A stretch of DNA of 64,000 nucleotides from Actinomycetes bacterium (GTDB taxonomy: Bacteria > Actinomycetota > CALGFH01), in the NCBI GenBank assembly GCA_036003705.1, contig DASYSE010000126.1, forward strand, positions 1,746 through 65,745, in the 5' to 3' direction. The notes beneath the pieces are model-generated. The model worked only from the letters and a program-made list of their open reading frames with translations, was not told the DNA's origin and ran no database searches. The position numbers and the translations under genes are program-made. Positions 8,808 to 17,031 of this stretch are shown piece after piece; positions within the stretch are counted from its first letter, which is position 1, and the number at the start of each line of letters is the position of its first letter.

Positions 8808-9350
8808 ATGAGCGTGGAGGTAGTTCCCGGCGGCCAGCGCCGCATCGACCGGGTCCTCGACCCGCGCTTCACCGATGGCGTCGACCAGCTCGGCCTGCCA
8901 GAGCTGCGCGCCCGCCGCGAGGAGGCCGAGGCCGAGGAGGCCGACGTCTCCTACCTGCGGCGGCTGCTCCAGGGCCGGCTGGACATCCTCAGGGCCGAGC
9001 TGGTCCGTCGTTCGACCGGCGGCGACGTCGGCGGCCTGCTGGCCGGCCTGCCCGCCATCCTGACCGACGACGCGCCGGGCACCTTCAGCGCCGTCCCGCG
9101 CGTCCAGGTGCCCTCCCGGGCCGGCGAGCACCGGCGCCGGGTCGAGCGGCTGGTCTCGGACGAGACCATCGCCCGCCTGCCCGAGCTGGACGTCGAGGAG
9201 CTGACCAGGGCGGTCGAGGTGCTGGCGCGCGAGGAGGAACACGTCTCCGGCCACCGGCGGACGGTCCAGCGGGTGGTCGACCTGCTTCGTGGCGAGCTGG
9301 CCCGGCGCTACCGGGACGGCACCGCGCAAGTGTCGCAACTCCTCGAGTGA
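8808..9350 (+). CDS. RsiG-like c-di-GMP-binding anti-sigma factor homolog
   Basis: 180 aa, helical. Two exact E-x3-S-x2-R-x3-Q-x3-D motifs: E44ADVS48YLR51RLLQ55GRLD59 and E143EHVS147GHR150RTVQ154RVVD158. This is the c-di-GMP binding signature of Streptomyces RsiG. Confidence 0.65.
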   Translation: MSVEVVPGGQRRIDRVLDPRFTDGVDQLGLPELRARREEAEAEEADVSYLRRLLQGRLDILRAELVRRSTGGDVGGLLAGLPAILTDDAPGTFSAVPRVQVPSRAGEHRRRVERLVSDETIARLPELDVEELTRAVEVLAREEEHVSGHRRTVQRVVDLLRGELARRYRDGTAQVSQLLE

Positions 9351-9460
9351 TCTCCTCGATCCCCTCGAAGGACTCAAGTCTTGCCGGCTCCGGTCCGATG
9401 GGTACAGAACCGGTCCGACTGCGCCTCCCTGCCCAGCGTGGGCGACGGAAGGTGGCCCCG

Positions 9461-9832
9461 ATGGAGCTGAACCGCGTGCTGGTGGTCGACGACGACCCAG
9501 CCATCAGGCGGGTGGTCTGCGCCCTGCTCGACCTTGACGAGTATGGCCTGCTCGAGGCGGCCGACGGCCAGGCCGCCCTGGAGGTGGTCAGGGTCGAACG
9601 GCCGGATCTGGTGATCCTCGACCTCACCATGCCGAGGCTGGACGGGCTTCGCGCCTGCCAGGCGCTGCGCTCCGACCCGGAGCTGTCCGGGACCCGGGTG
9701 CTGGTGCTGACCGGCCGCGACCAGCCGGACGACCGGGCGGCCGCCCGCGACGCCGGGGCCGACGCCTACCTGGTCAAGCCGTTCTCCTCCCTGGCCCTGC
9801 TGGACGCCGTCAAACAGCTGATGGACGGCTGA
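9461..9832 (+). CDS. response regulator, stand-alone receiver (CheY-like)
   Basis: MELNRVLVVDDDPAIRR...LVILDLTMPRLDG...LVLTGR...AYLVKPF contains every conserved REC residue. Confidence 0.85.
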   Translation: MELNRVLVVDDDPAIRRVVCALLDLDEYGLLEAADGQAALEVVRVERPDLVILDLTMPRLDGLRACQALRSDPELSGTRVLVLTGRDQPDDRAAARDAGADAYLVKPFSSLALLDAVKQLMDG

Positions 9833-9835
9833 GCC

Positions 9836-10651
9836 GTGGACCCGGGCAGCAGCCATCTGCAGCAGCTGGAGGCCGCCGAGCGGCAGCTGCTGGTGTTCGC
9901 GCACGAGATCAACCACCTCTACCAGGCCGAGCGGGCGCGGGCGCTCGAGCTGGAGCGGGCGCTGGGCCGCCTGCGCGAGTCCTACCTCGACATGATCAAG
10001 ACCCTCGCATTCGTGGTCGAGGCCAAGGACCCGAGCACCAGGGCCCACCTCCAGCGGACCCACGACTACGCGGTCGCCCTGGCCGAGGCCGTCGACCCCG
10101 AGCTGGCCGCCGACGAGCAGCTGCGCTACGGGTTCCTGCTCCACGACGTGGGCAAGGTCGGCATCCCCGAGGCGGTGCTCAACAAGCCGGGCCCGCTGGA
10201 CGACGGCGAGTGGGAGGTCATGCGCGCCCACCCGATGCTCGGAGTCCAGATGGTTGCCGGCATCAAGTCGCTCGGCAGCGCCGTCGAGGTGATCCGCTGC
10301 CACCACGAGCGCTGGGACGGCAAGGGCTACCCTGCCGGGCTGGCCGGCGAGGCGATCCCGGCGGGGGCACGGGTGTTCGCCGTCGCCGACGCCTTCGACG
10401 CGATGACCTCCGACCGCCCCTACCGCCAGGCCATGCCCTTCGACCGGGCCTGCCAGGAGATCGCCGAGGGGGCCGGCTCCCAGTTCGACCCATCCGTGGT
10501 CGACGCCTTCACCGCCATCGTCCCGGGCCTCCCCGACCTGCACGCGTCCCTGCACGAGGCGGGGGCCAGGGAGGGCAGGCCCAGCCTGCCGGCGGAGCGC
10601 GCTCCGGGGCTCTCGGTGGTGCCGGCACGGGTCCCGGCCGAGCGGTCCTGA
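9836..10651 (+). CDS. HD-GYP domain c-di-GMP phosphodiesterase
   Basis: HDVGKVGIP...HHERWDGKGYP are the HD and GYP motifs. GTG start 4 nt after the receiver gene stop. Confidence 0.85.
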   Translation: MDPGSSHLQQLEAAERQLLVFAHEINHLYQAERARALELERALGRLRESYLDMIKTLAFVVEAKDPSTRAHLQRTHDYAVALAEAVDPELAADEQLRYGFLLHDVGKVGIPEAVLNKPGPLDDGEWEVMRAHPMLGVQMVAGIKSLGSAVEVIRCHHERWDGKGYPAGLAGEAIPAGARVFAVADAFDAMTSDRPYRQAMPFDRACQEIAEGAGSQFDPSVVDAFTAIVPGLPDLHASLHEAGAREGRPSLPAERAPGLSVVPARVPAERS

Positions 10652-10692
10652 TAGCCTCGGGGGCTCCATCCTCGAGCCCAGGGAGGCGGCCG

Positions 10693-11685
10693 ATGGAGGT
10701 CAGGGCCGAGATCCTCGCCGAGGTCGAGCGGTCCGGGTTCGTCGAGAGCCGGCACCTGGGCGTGGTCGCGGTCGCCGACGCCGACGGCGAGCTGCTGGCC
10801 TCCGCCGGCGACCCGGACCTGGTCATCTACGCTCGTTCCTGCTCCAAGCCCTTCCAGGCGATGGCCGTGCGCGACCTCGGGGTCGAGGCCGAGCTGGGCC
10901 TCGGCCAGCTCGCCCTTGCCGGTGCCTGCGGCTCCCACAACGGCGAGCCCGACCACGTGGCCTCGGTCCGCAAGGTGCTGGAGGCGGCCGGCCTCGACGA
11001 GACGGCGCTGCGCTGCCCGCCGGCGATGCCCACCGACCGCAAGGCCCGCTCGTTGGCCGACGGCCCGGCCGCGGTGTACCACAACTGCTCCGGCAAGCAC
11101 GCCTACATGCTCGCCGGCTCGGTGGTCAGGGACTGGGCCCCCGAGCGCTACACCGAGCCCGACCACCCGCTGCAGGCGGTGGTGACCGACACCCTCAGCG
11201 AGTTCGTCGGGATCCCGGTCGAGCACGTCGGCGTCGACGGCTGCGGGGTCCCCGTCCACGCCGTCCCCCTCCGCGGCCTGGCCACCGCCTACGCCCGCCT
11301 CGGCACGCGCGCCGCCGCGGGCGAGGAGCGACCCGCGGCGGTGGTCGAGGCGGCCCGCCGCCACCCGTTCATGCTCGCCGGCACCGGCCAGCTCGACACC
11401 CTCCTGCTGGAGGCGACCGGCGGCCGGGTGCTCGCCAAGGTCGGCGCCGAGGCCGCCTACGCCGCGGTCGACCTGTCCACCGGCACCGGCCTCGCCCTCA
11501 AGGTCCTCGACGGCGCTCCGCGGGCGAGAGCGGCGGCGCTGCTGGCCGCCCTGCGCGCCCTCGGCTGGCTCGACGGCCAGCAATGGGAGGCCCTGCTCCC
11601 GGCGGCGACGGTCGAGATCCACGGCGGCGGCCAGACGGTCGGCAAGGTCCGCCCGGCCAAGCTCGACCTCCCGGCGCCGGACTGA
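10693..11685 (+). CDS. asparaginase (asparaginase_2/AnsA-like family)
   Basis: RSCSKPFQAMAV...YHNCSGKHAYML. Confidence 0.75.
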   Translation: MEVRAEILAEVERSGFVESRHLGVVAVADADGELLASAGDPDLVIYARSCSKPFQAMAVRDLGVEAELGLGQLALAGACGSHNGEPDHVASVRKVLEAAGLDETALRCPPAMPTDRKARSLADGPAAVYHNCSGKHAYMLAGSVVRDWAPERYTEPDHPLQAVVTDTLSEFVGIPVEHVGVDGCGVPVHAVPLRGLATAYARLGTRAAAGEERPAAVVEAARRHPFMLAGTGQLDTLLLEATGGRVLAKVGAEAAYAAVDLSTGTGLALKVLDGAPRARAAALLAALRALGWLDGQQWEALLPAATVEIHGGGQTVGKVRPAKLDLPAPD

Positions 11686-11788
11686 CCCGCCGACGGTCGC
11701 GCTGCCGCCGGCCAGACGGTCGTGGGCGGCGTTGCTTGCAAAAGTTAATCGTCCGGACTACTCTAGATAGCGTCAGGAGGAGGAAGCG

Positions 11789-12181
11789 GTGCCAGCGGGG
11801 ATTGACCAGCTTGGCGACGTCGGTCGCTACATCCGCGAGCAGCGGCGCCAGGCCGAGCTGTCGCTGCGCAAGCTGGCCAGTCAGGCCGGGGTGTCGAACC
11901 CCTACCTGTCGCAGATCGAGCGGGGGCTGCGCCAGCCGTCGGCAAGGATCCTCAAGGACATCGCCAAGGCCCTGCGGATCAGCGCCGAGACGCTGTACCT
12001 GCGGGCCGGGATCCTCGACGACGACGCCGAGGCCGCCGACTTGGAGGTCGCCATCCTCCGGGATCCCCACCTGACCGAGCGGCGCAAGCAGGTCCTGATC
12101 GACGTCTACCGCTCGTTCCGGGCCGAGGCCGCGGCGCAACCCCGGGCCGAGGAAGCAACCACGAGGAAGGAGCAACCCTAG
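11789..12181 (+). CDS. XRE-family helix-turn-helix transcriptional regulator
   Basis: LSLRKLASQAGVSNPYLSQIERGLRQPS. GTG start with AGGAGG about 9 nt upstream. Confidence 0.8.
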   Translation: MPAGIDQLGDVGRYIREQRRQAELSLRKLASQAGVSNPYLSQIERGLRQPSARILKDIAKALRISAETLYLRAGILDDDAEAADLEVAILRDPHLTERRKQVLIDVYRSFRAEAAAQPRAEEATTRKEQP

Positions 12182-12571
12182 ATGCCAACGCCCAGCACCA
12201 AGGACGCCAAGCAGGCGCTGTACGCCGTCGCCGGCGTCGCGGATCTGGCCGTCTCGACCATCCGGCACCTGCCGCGGGAGGCGGGCCGGATCCGGGCCCG
12301 CATTCCCGGCGAGGCCGCCAGGACCTACGAGCAGCTGGTCCGCCGGGGCGAGACCCTGGTCACCGGCGTCCGCCGGTCGCCGACCACCCGTCAGGCCACC
12401 GAGGCCACCCGCGACGCCGTCTCCCGGACCAAGGCGGCCAACACCCGGGTCCGCCGCAGCACCAAGACCACCCGTTCGTCGGTGAAGTCGGCCGGCACCA
12501 CCGCACGCCGCGCCGCCGCGTCCGACACCAAGGCAGTCAAGGCGGCGGCCGCCAAGGTCGGCGAGAAGTAA
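12182..12571 (+). CDS. Ala/Lys/Arg-rich HbhA-like (heparin-binding hemagglutinin-like) protein
   Basis: ALYAVAGVADLAVSTIRHL resembles the HbhA N-terminus, followed by a basic tail. ATG overlaps the XRE stop (TAGATG). Confidence 0.45.
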   Translation: MPTPSTKDAKQALYAVAGVADLAVSTIRHLPREAGRIRARIPGEAARTYEQLVRRGETLVTGVRRSPTTRQATEATRDAVSRTKAANTRVRRSTKTTRSSVKSAGTTARRAAASDTKAVKAAAAKVGEK

Positions 12572-12618
12572 CCGGCAAACGTCGGTAGCATGGAAGCACC
12601 CGCGGGGTTTTCCCGCGG

Positions 12619-13935
12619 GTGCTTCGCGTCTCACGGTGGCGGAGCGGGAGCGGCCCAGGGAGCCCCCGGTTGGAGACCTTCGAGCGGCCGGTTCGCCGGG
12701 TCGCGGTCCTTTCGGTGCACTCGTCGCCGCTCGCCCCTCCAGGGGTCGGGGACTCCGGGGGCATGAACGTCACCGTCCGCGCCCTTGCCGGTGAGCTGGC
12801 CAAGGTCGGGATCGAGTCCGACCTGTACACCAGGGCCACCTCCCCCGATGACCCGCCGGTGGTCGCGGTCGGGCCGGGTGTCAGGGTGCTGCACCTGCCC
12901 GCGGGGCCGCTGGAGCCGATCCCCAAGCAGCACCTTCCCCGCTACCTGTGCGCGTTCCTGTGCTCGCTGCTGCGGGCCGGTCAGCGGTACGGCCCCTACG
13001 ACATCCTGCACAGCCACTACTGGGTGTCGGGCTGGGTGGCCAGGCTGGTCCGGGAGCGCTGGGACATCCCGGTGGCGCACTCGTTCCACACCCTCGGCCG
13101 GGTCAAGAACCTCAGCCTGGCCGACGGCGACGAGCCCGAGCCGCCGACCCGGCTGGCCGGCGAGGAGCGGGTGGTGGCCGCCGCCGACTGCCTGCTCGCC
13201 CCGTCCCCGGCCGAGGCCCGGCAGCTGGTCGAGCTGTACGGCGCCTCCCCGGCCAAGGTCCGCATCGTCCCCCACGGCGTCGACCAGACCCGCTTCCACC
13301 AGGGCGACCGTGAGGCGGCCCGGGCCGCCCTCGGGATCGCCCGCCGCCACGTGCTCGCCTTCGTCGGGCGGCTGCAGCCGCTCAAGGCGCCGGACGTCGC
13401 CGTCCTCACCCTTGCCGCCCTGCGCGCGCAGCGGCCCGACCTCGACGTCGAGCTGCTGGTCGTCGGGGGGGCCTCCGGCAACGGCGACGGCGAACCGGCC
13501 CGGCTGGTCCGGCTGGCCGCCGAGGCCGGGGTCGCCGACCGGATCCGCTTCCTCGCCCCGCGGCCCCACGACCGCCTCGCCACCATCGACCGGGCGGCCG
13601 ACCTGGTGCTGATGCCATCCTGGTCGGAGTCGTTCGGGCTGGTCGCCCTCGAGGCCCAGGCCTGCGGGACCCCGGTGGTGGCGGCCGGGGTCGGGGGCCT
13701 GCTGCACGCGGTCGGCGACGGCACCACCGGGATCCTGCTGGCCAACCACCAGCCGGCGGCATGGGCCGATTCGGTCGCCCGGCTGCTGTCCAGCCCCCGC
13801 CGCCTGGCCGCCATGAGCACCGCCGCCGCCCGCTTCGCCGGCGCCCACGGCTGGGACCAGAGCGCCGCCCGTCTTCTCGAGATCTACGGGGACCTGGTTC
13901 GGGTCCGCGAGGTTGTTCTGGAGCAGACCAGCTAA
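12619..13935 (+). CDS. mshA: GT4 glycosyltransferase, D-inositol-3-phosphate glycosyltransferase MshA-like
   Basis: VAVLSVHSSPLAPPGVGDSGGMNV...HSHYWVSGWV...ESFGLVALEAQACGTPVVA are MshA hallmark blocks. The exact start is uncertain; an in-frame GTG about 50 nt downstream is possible. Confidence 0.8.
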   Translation: MLRVSRWRSGSGPGSPRLETFERPVRRVAVLSVHSSPLAPPGVGDSGGMNVTVRALAGELAKVGIESDLYTRATSPDDPPVVAVGPGVRVLHLPAGPLEPIPKQHLPRYLCAFLCSLLRAGQRYGPYDILHSHYWVSGWVARLVRERWDIPVAHSFHTLGRVKNLSLADGDEPEPPTRLAGEERVVAAADCLLAPSPAEARQLVELYGASPAKVRIVPHGVDQTRFHQGDREAARAALGIARRHVLAFVGRLQPLKAPDVAVLTLAALRAQRPDLDVELLVVGGASGNGDGEPARLVRLAAEAGVADRIRFLAPRPHDRLATIDRAADLVLMPSWSESFGLVALEAQACGTPVVAAGVGGLLHAVGDGTTGILLANHQPAAWADSVARLLSSPRRLAAMSTAAARFAGAHGWDQSAARLLEIYGDLVRVREVVLEQTS

Positions 13936-13971
13936 GACGCGGCCGCAGCTTGACCTCCCGTGGTCCCCGAA

Positions 13972-14030
13972 CCATGTGGGGAAGCTCCGGCTCCACCCCA
14001 CCGCCACGCTGGCGCGCCGGTGCCACGGCC
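13972..14030. repeat. copy A of a ~58-bp imperfect direct repeat (partner at 16006..16063)
   Basis: ccatgtggggaagctccggctccaccccaccgccacgctggcgcgccggtgccacggcc versus ccaggtgggaagctccggctccccgcaaccgccacgcaagcgcgcctgtgccttggtcc, same orientation, about 80-85% identity. Confidence 0.55.
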
Positions 14031-14199
14031 AGGGTGATCGCCTTCCACACCCTGGACACGCGCGGTCGCTGAGGCCGGCGACCGCTGGTCGTTCCGAGCC
14101 GCGGAACGCGATGCGATGAACGCTTCGATCCCGTCGAGGACCCGCGGCAGCCCGAAGGTGCCCGGCCTGCGCCGTCACCGCGCTCTGGGCCGCGCCCAC

Positions 14200-15036
14200 C
14201 TAGCCCGGGCGGGTGCGGCGGTTGCGACGGCGCGACTCCGGGGTGCGGGGTTCCCAGCGGAACTTGCGGACGGCGACCAGGAGGCCGGCGGCGCCCCAGA
14301 GGGCGACGACGGCGAGATGGCCCCAGCGGAACCCGGCGCCGGAGACGAAGGGGTTGAAGGTCGCCTCCAAGGCGAGGGCGAAATGTTTCACGGGGAACAC
14401 GGAGCCGATCACCCGGAGCCAGGTGGGTGCGTTGTCGAGGGGGAAGAACAGGTCGGAGACGAAGGCAACGGGCAGCACGGTGAAGTTGGCGACCGCCGGG
14501 GCGGCCTCGCCGTTGGGGATCAGGGCGGCAACGGCCATGCCGAGGGCGCAGAAGCAGCCCGCGCCCAGCAGCAGGGTCACGACCGCCGCCGGCAGCATCC
14601 GCCAGATGAGCTCGACGTCGAACAGGACGACCCCGACCCCGACCATGATCACGGCGCTGACCACCGAGAACCAGACCGAGGACAGGATCCGGGCGGCCAC
14701 GTACACCGACGCCGGCAATGGCGTGCCCCTGACCCGCTTGAGGATGCCCATGTCGCGATTCATCGCCACCCCGGTGGCCAGGCCGGTGTAGCAGGTGGAG
14801 ACGACCGCGAACGCCAGCAGCCCCGGGGTGAGGAACTGGGCGTAGGGGATGCCGCCCCGCCCGGCGAGGCGCTGACCGGAGTTCAGCGAGCCGAGCAGGA
14901 GCAGGAACATGACCGGGAAGGCGAGCGAGAAGAAGGCCGAGAACGGGTTGCGCAGGAACAGCTTGTTCTGATGGCGAATCTGTCGCAGGAGCAGCGACCC
15001 GGTCGCCGGGCGGCCGGTGCGCGCCTGCACGCTCAC
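14200..15036 (-). CDS. ABC-2 type transporter permease
   Basis: Six predicted TM helices with an ABC-2 signature; overlaps the upstream ATPase gene by 4 nt. Confidence 0.8.
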   Translation of the reverse strand: MSVQARTGRPATGSLLLRQIRHQNKLFLRNPFSAFFSLAFPVMFLLLLGSLNSGQRLAGRGGIPYAQFLTPGLLAFAVVSTCYTGLATGVAMNRDMGILKRVRGTPLPASVYVAARILSSVWFSVVSAVIMVGVGVVLFDVELIWRMLPAAVVTLLLGAGCFCALGMAVAALIPNGEAAPAVANFTVLPVAFVSDLFFPLDNAPTWLRVIGSVFPVKHFALALEATFNPFVSGAGFRWGHLAVVALWGAAGLLVAVRKFRWEPRTPESRRRNRRTRPG

Positions 15037-15938
15037 CGGTCGCCGCCGGTCAGGCGCAGGTAGACGTCCTCCAGGGACGGGCGGGTGACGGCCAGGGCCT
15101 CCAGCTCGTCGCCCCTGGAGAGAGCCCAGCCGGTCAGGGCGTGGAGGGCGCCGGTCGGGGACCCGGTGCGCAGGACCACCCGGCCATCCTCGAGCCGCGG
15201 CCTGGCCGGCCCGAGCGCCGGCAGGTCGTCGAGGCCGGCGCCGTCAGGGAGCCGGAAGCTGATCTCGGCCTCGGCGACGTCGCGGCCGCCCAGCGAGGCC
15301 GGGCTGCCCTCGGCCACGATCCGCCCGGCGGCCATGATGGCGACCCGGTCGGCCAGGTTCTGGGCCTCGTCCATGTAGTGGGTGGTGAGCAGGATGGTCT
15401 TGCCCAGCGCACGCAGGCTGTCGACCAGCTCCCAGGCGTGCCGCCTGGCCGACGGGTCGAAGCCGGTGGTGGGCTCGTCGAGGAAGATCAGGTCGGGGTC
15501 GCCGACGATGCCGAGGGCGAGGTCGAGCCGGCGCTGCTGGCCACCGGAGAGGGTCCGGGAGCGGGCGTCGCGCTTGGAGGCCAGCCCGACCAGATCGATC
15601 ACCTCGGCCGGGCTCCGGGGATGCGGGTAGTAGCTGCCGAACAGGCCGACCAGCTCGGCGACGGTCAGCTCGCGGTCGATGCCGGCCGACTGCAGCACGA
15701 TGCCGATGCGCTCCCGGAGGTCGCGCCCGCCCTGCTCCGGGTCGAAGCCGAGCACCTCGACCGAGCCGCCGGAGCGACTGCGGTAGCCCTCGAGGACCTC
15801 CAGCGTGGTCGTCTTGCCGGCACCGTTCGGTCCCAGCAGGGCGAAGCACTCGCCCTCGGCCACCTCGAAGCTGACGCCGGCCACCGCCTCGACCGCCCCG
15901 TACGCCTTGCGAAGGTCCTTGACCTGGATCGCCGCCAC
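15033..15938 (-). CDS. ABC transporter ATP-binding protein
   Basis: GPNGAGKTT (Walker A), LSGGQQRRLDLA (signature), LIFLDEPTTGFD (Walker B). GTG start at 15938 with AAGGGAGG upstream. Confidence 0.85.
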   Translation of the reverse strand: MAAIQVKDLRKAYGAVEAVAGVSFEVAEGECFALLGPNGAGKTTTLEVLEGYRSRSGGSVEVLGFDPEQGGRDLRERIGIVLQSAGIDRELTVAELVGLFGSYYPHPRSPAEVIDLVGLASKRDARSRTLSGGQQRRLDLALGIVGDPDLIFLDEPTTGFDPSARRHAWELVDSLRALGKTILLTTHYMDEAQNLADRVAIMAAGRIVAEGSPASLGGRDVAEAEISFRLPDGAGLDDLPALGPARPRLEDGRVVLRTGSPTGALHALTGWALSRGDELEALAVTRPSLEDVYLRLTGGDR

Positions 15939-16005
15939 GAGCCTCCCTTGGTCAATGCAAGAACCCCACTCCCCCCAAAACGGGCTCCCAAGGCCAGCCT
16001 CGATC

Positions 16006-16063
16006 CAGGTGGGAAGCTCCGGCTCCCCGCAACCGCCACGCAAGCGCGCCTGTGCCTTGGTCC
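16006..16063. repeat. copy B of the ~58-bp direct repeat flanking the ABC-2 operon
   Basis: See copy A. Lies in the divergent promoter region between the ABC ATPase start (15938) and the YbjN-like gene (16087). Confidence 0.55.
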
Positions 16064-16086
16064 GTCTCAACTGTAGTCTCGGGGGT

Positions 16087-16590
16087 GTGAACAGACGACC
16101 CGAGCCGGAAGAGTCGCGGGCGGCCGCGGTGGCGGCGGTGGAAGCGTTCGTCGCCGATGCCGGCGTGGCCGCCGAGGAGCTGGGCGACGGGCGCTGGTTC
16201 CTGCGCCTGGCCGGCGAGCGCAAGCTCGGGATCGGCGTCCACCTGGCCATCGGCGACCGTACCCTGCGGGTGGAGTCGTTCTTCATGCGAGCCCCCGAGG
16301 AACAGCAGGAGCGGCTCTACCGGGACCTGCTGCTGCGCCAGGCGACCAGCTACGTGCTCCGGTTCACCCTCGACGAGGCCGGCGACCTGTTCCTGGTCGG
16401 CCAGGTCCCGCTGCGGGCGGTCACCCCGGAGGAGGTCGATCGGGTGGTCGGCTCGGTCCTCGATCTCGCCGATGCCGCCTATTTGCCCGCGGTGGAGATT
16501 GGGTTCGCATCGAGCATTGCAGCCGAAAAAGCGTGGCGGGCGCGCCTGGCCGAGGGTTCGGCGCGTTCACCAGAAATTCCATCGAAGTAA
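16087..16590 (+). CDS. YbjN domain protein (putative bacterial sensory transduction regulator fold)
   Basis: WFLRLAGERKLGIGVHLAIGDRTLRVESFFM...LRFTLDEAGDLFLVGQVP is the YbjN-like pattern. GTG start at 16087 by amino-acid index. Confidence 0.55.
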   Translation: MNRRPEPEESRAAAVAAVEAFVADAGVAAEELGDGRWFLRLAGERKLGIGVHLAIGDRTLRVESFFMRAPEEQQERLYRDLLLRQATSYVLRFTLDEAGDLFLVGQVPLRAVTPEEVDRVVGSVLDLADAAYLPAVEIGFASSIAAEKAWRARLAEGSARSPEIPSK

Positions 16591-16641
16591 TTTTACCCGT
16601 CTCTACCTGGACATACGCGTCTGACCAGGGGAAACGCCCCC

Positions 16642-16670
16642 TTGACGGGCCTGGTGCCGCCTTCTAGATT
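16642..16670 (+). promoter_or_regulatory. sigma70-like promoter candidate (TTGACG-17-TAGATT) giving a ~350-nt leader before apgM
   Basis: cTTGACGggcctggtgccgccttcTAGATTg read directly from the sequence. Confidence 0.3.
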
Positions 16671-17031
16671 GCGCTTCGCCCCGAGGGGCCGACGCGGTTG
16701 GACTGGGAAATCCGGATAGGAGTTCCTGCTAGAAGGGCTGACGGGCCCGGACGGCGCGTCGCGGACGGCGGGTACGCGCATCCTGCTGCATCGCGGCGAG
16801 GTCCAAGCGGCCTCAGGGTCGTAGGACGGGACTCTCTCGAGTCGTGCTCGGGAAGGCCACGGGAGTTCCTCGGGGCGCCGATGACCCCCAGGGGCCCAAT
16901 CGGCCGGGAGCAGGCGGGCTTGCCCGCCGGTCAACCGGACGGGGTTCCTGGGGGTCGTCACTCTTTTCGCCCCAGCCGCCTGCGGCCCGTAGACTCGCAC
17001 CAAGTGTCCGCTGCAGCCCACGGAGGCGCCC

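Noticed and set aside
16591-17031. Tested the apgM leader against RNase P RNA, tmRNA, SRP RNA and the ydaO riboswitch
   Set aside because: No GGAAAGUCCGGGC-type RNase P core, no tRNA-like end with CCA, no SRP GGAA tetraloop domain and no ydaO consensus were recognisable. It is kept only as an unclassified leader.
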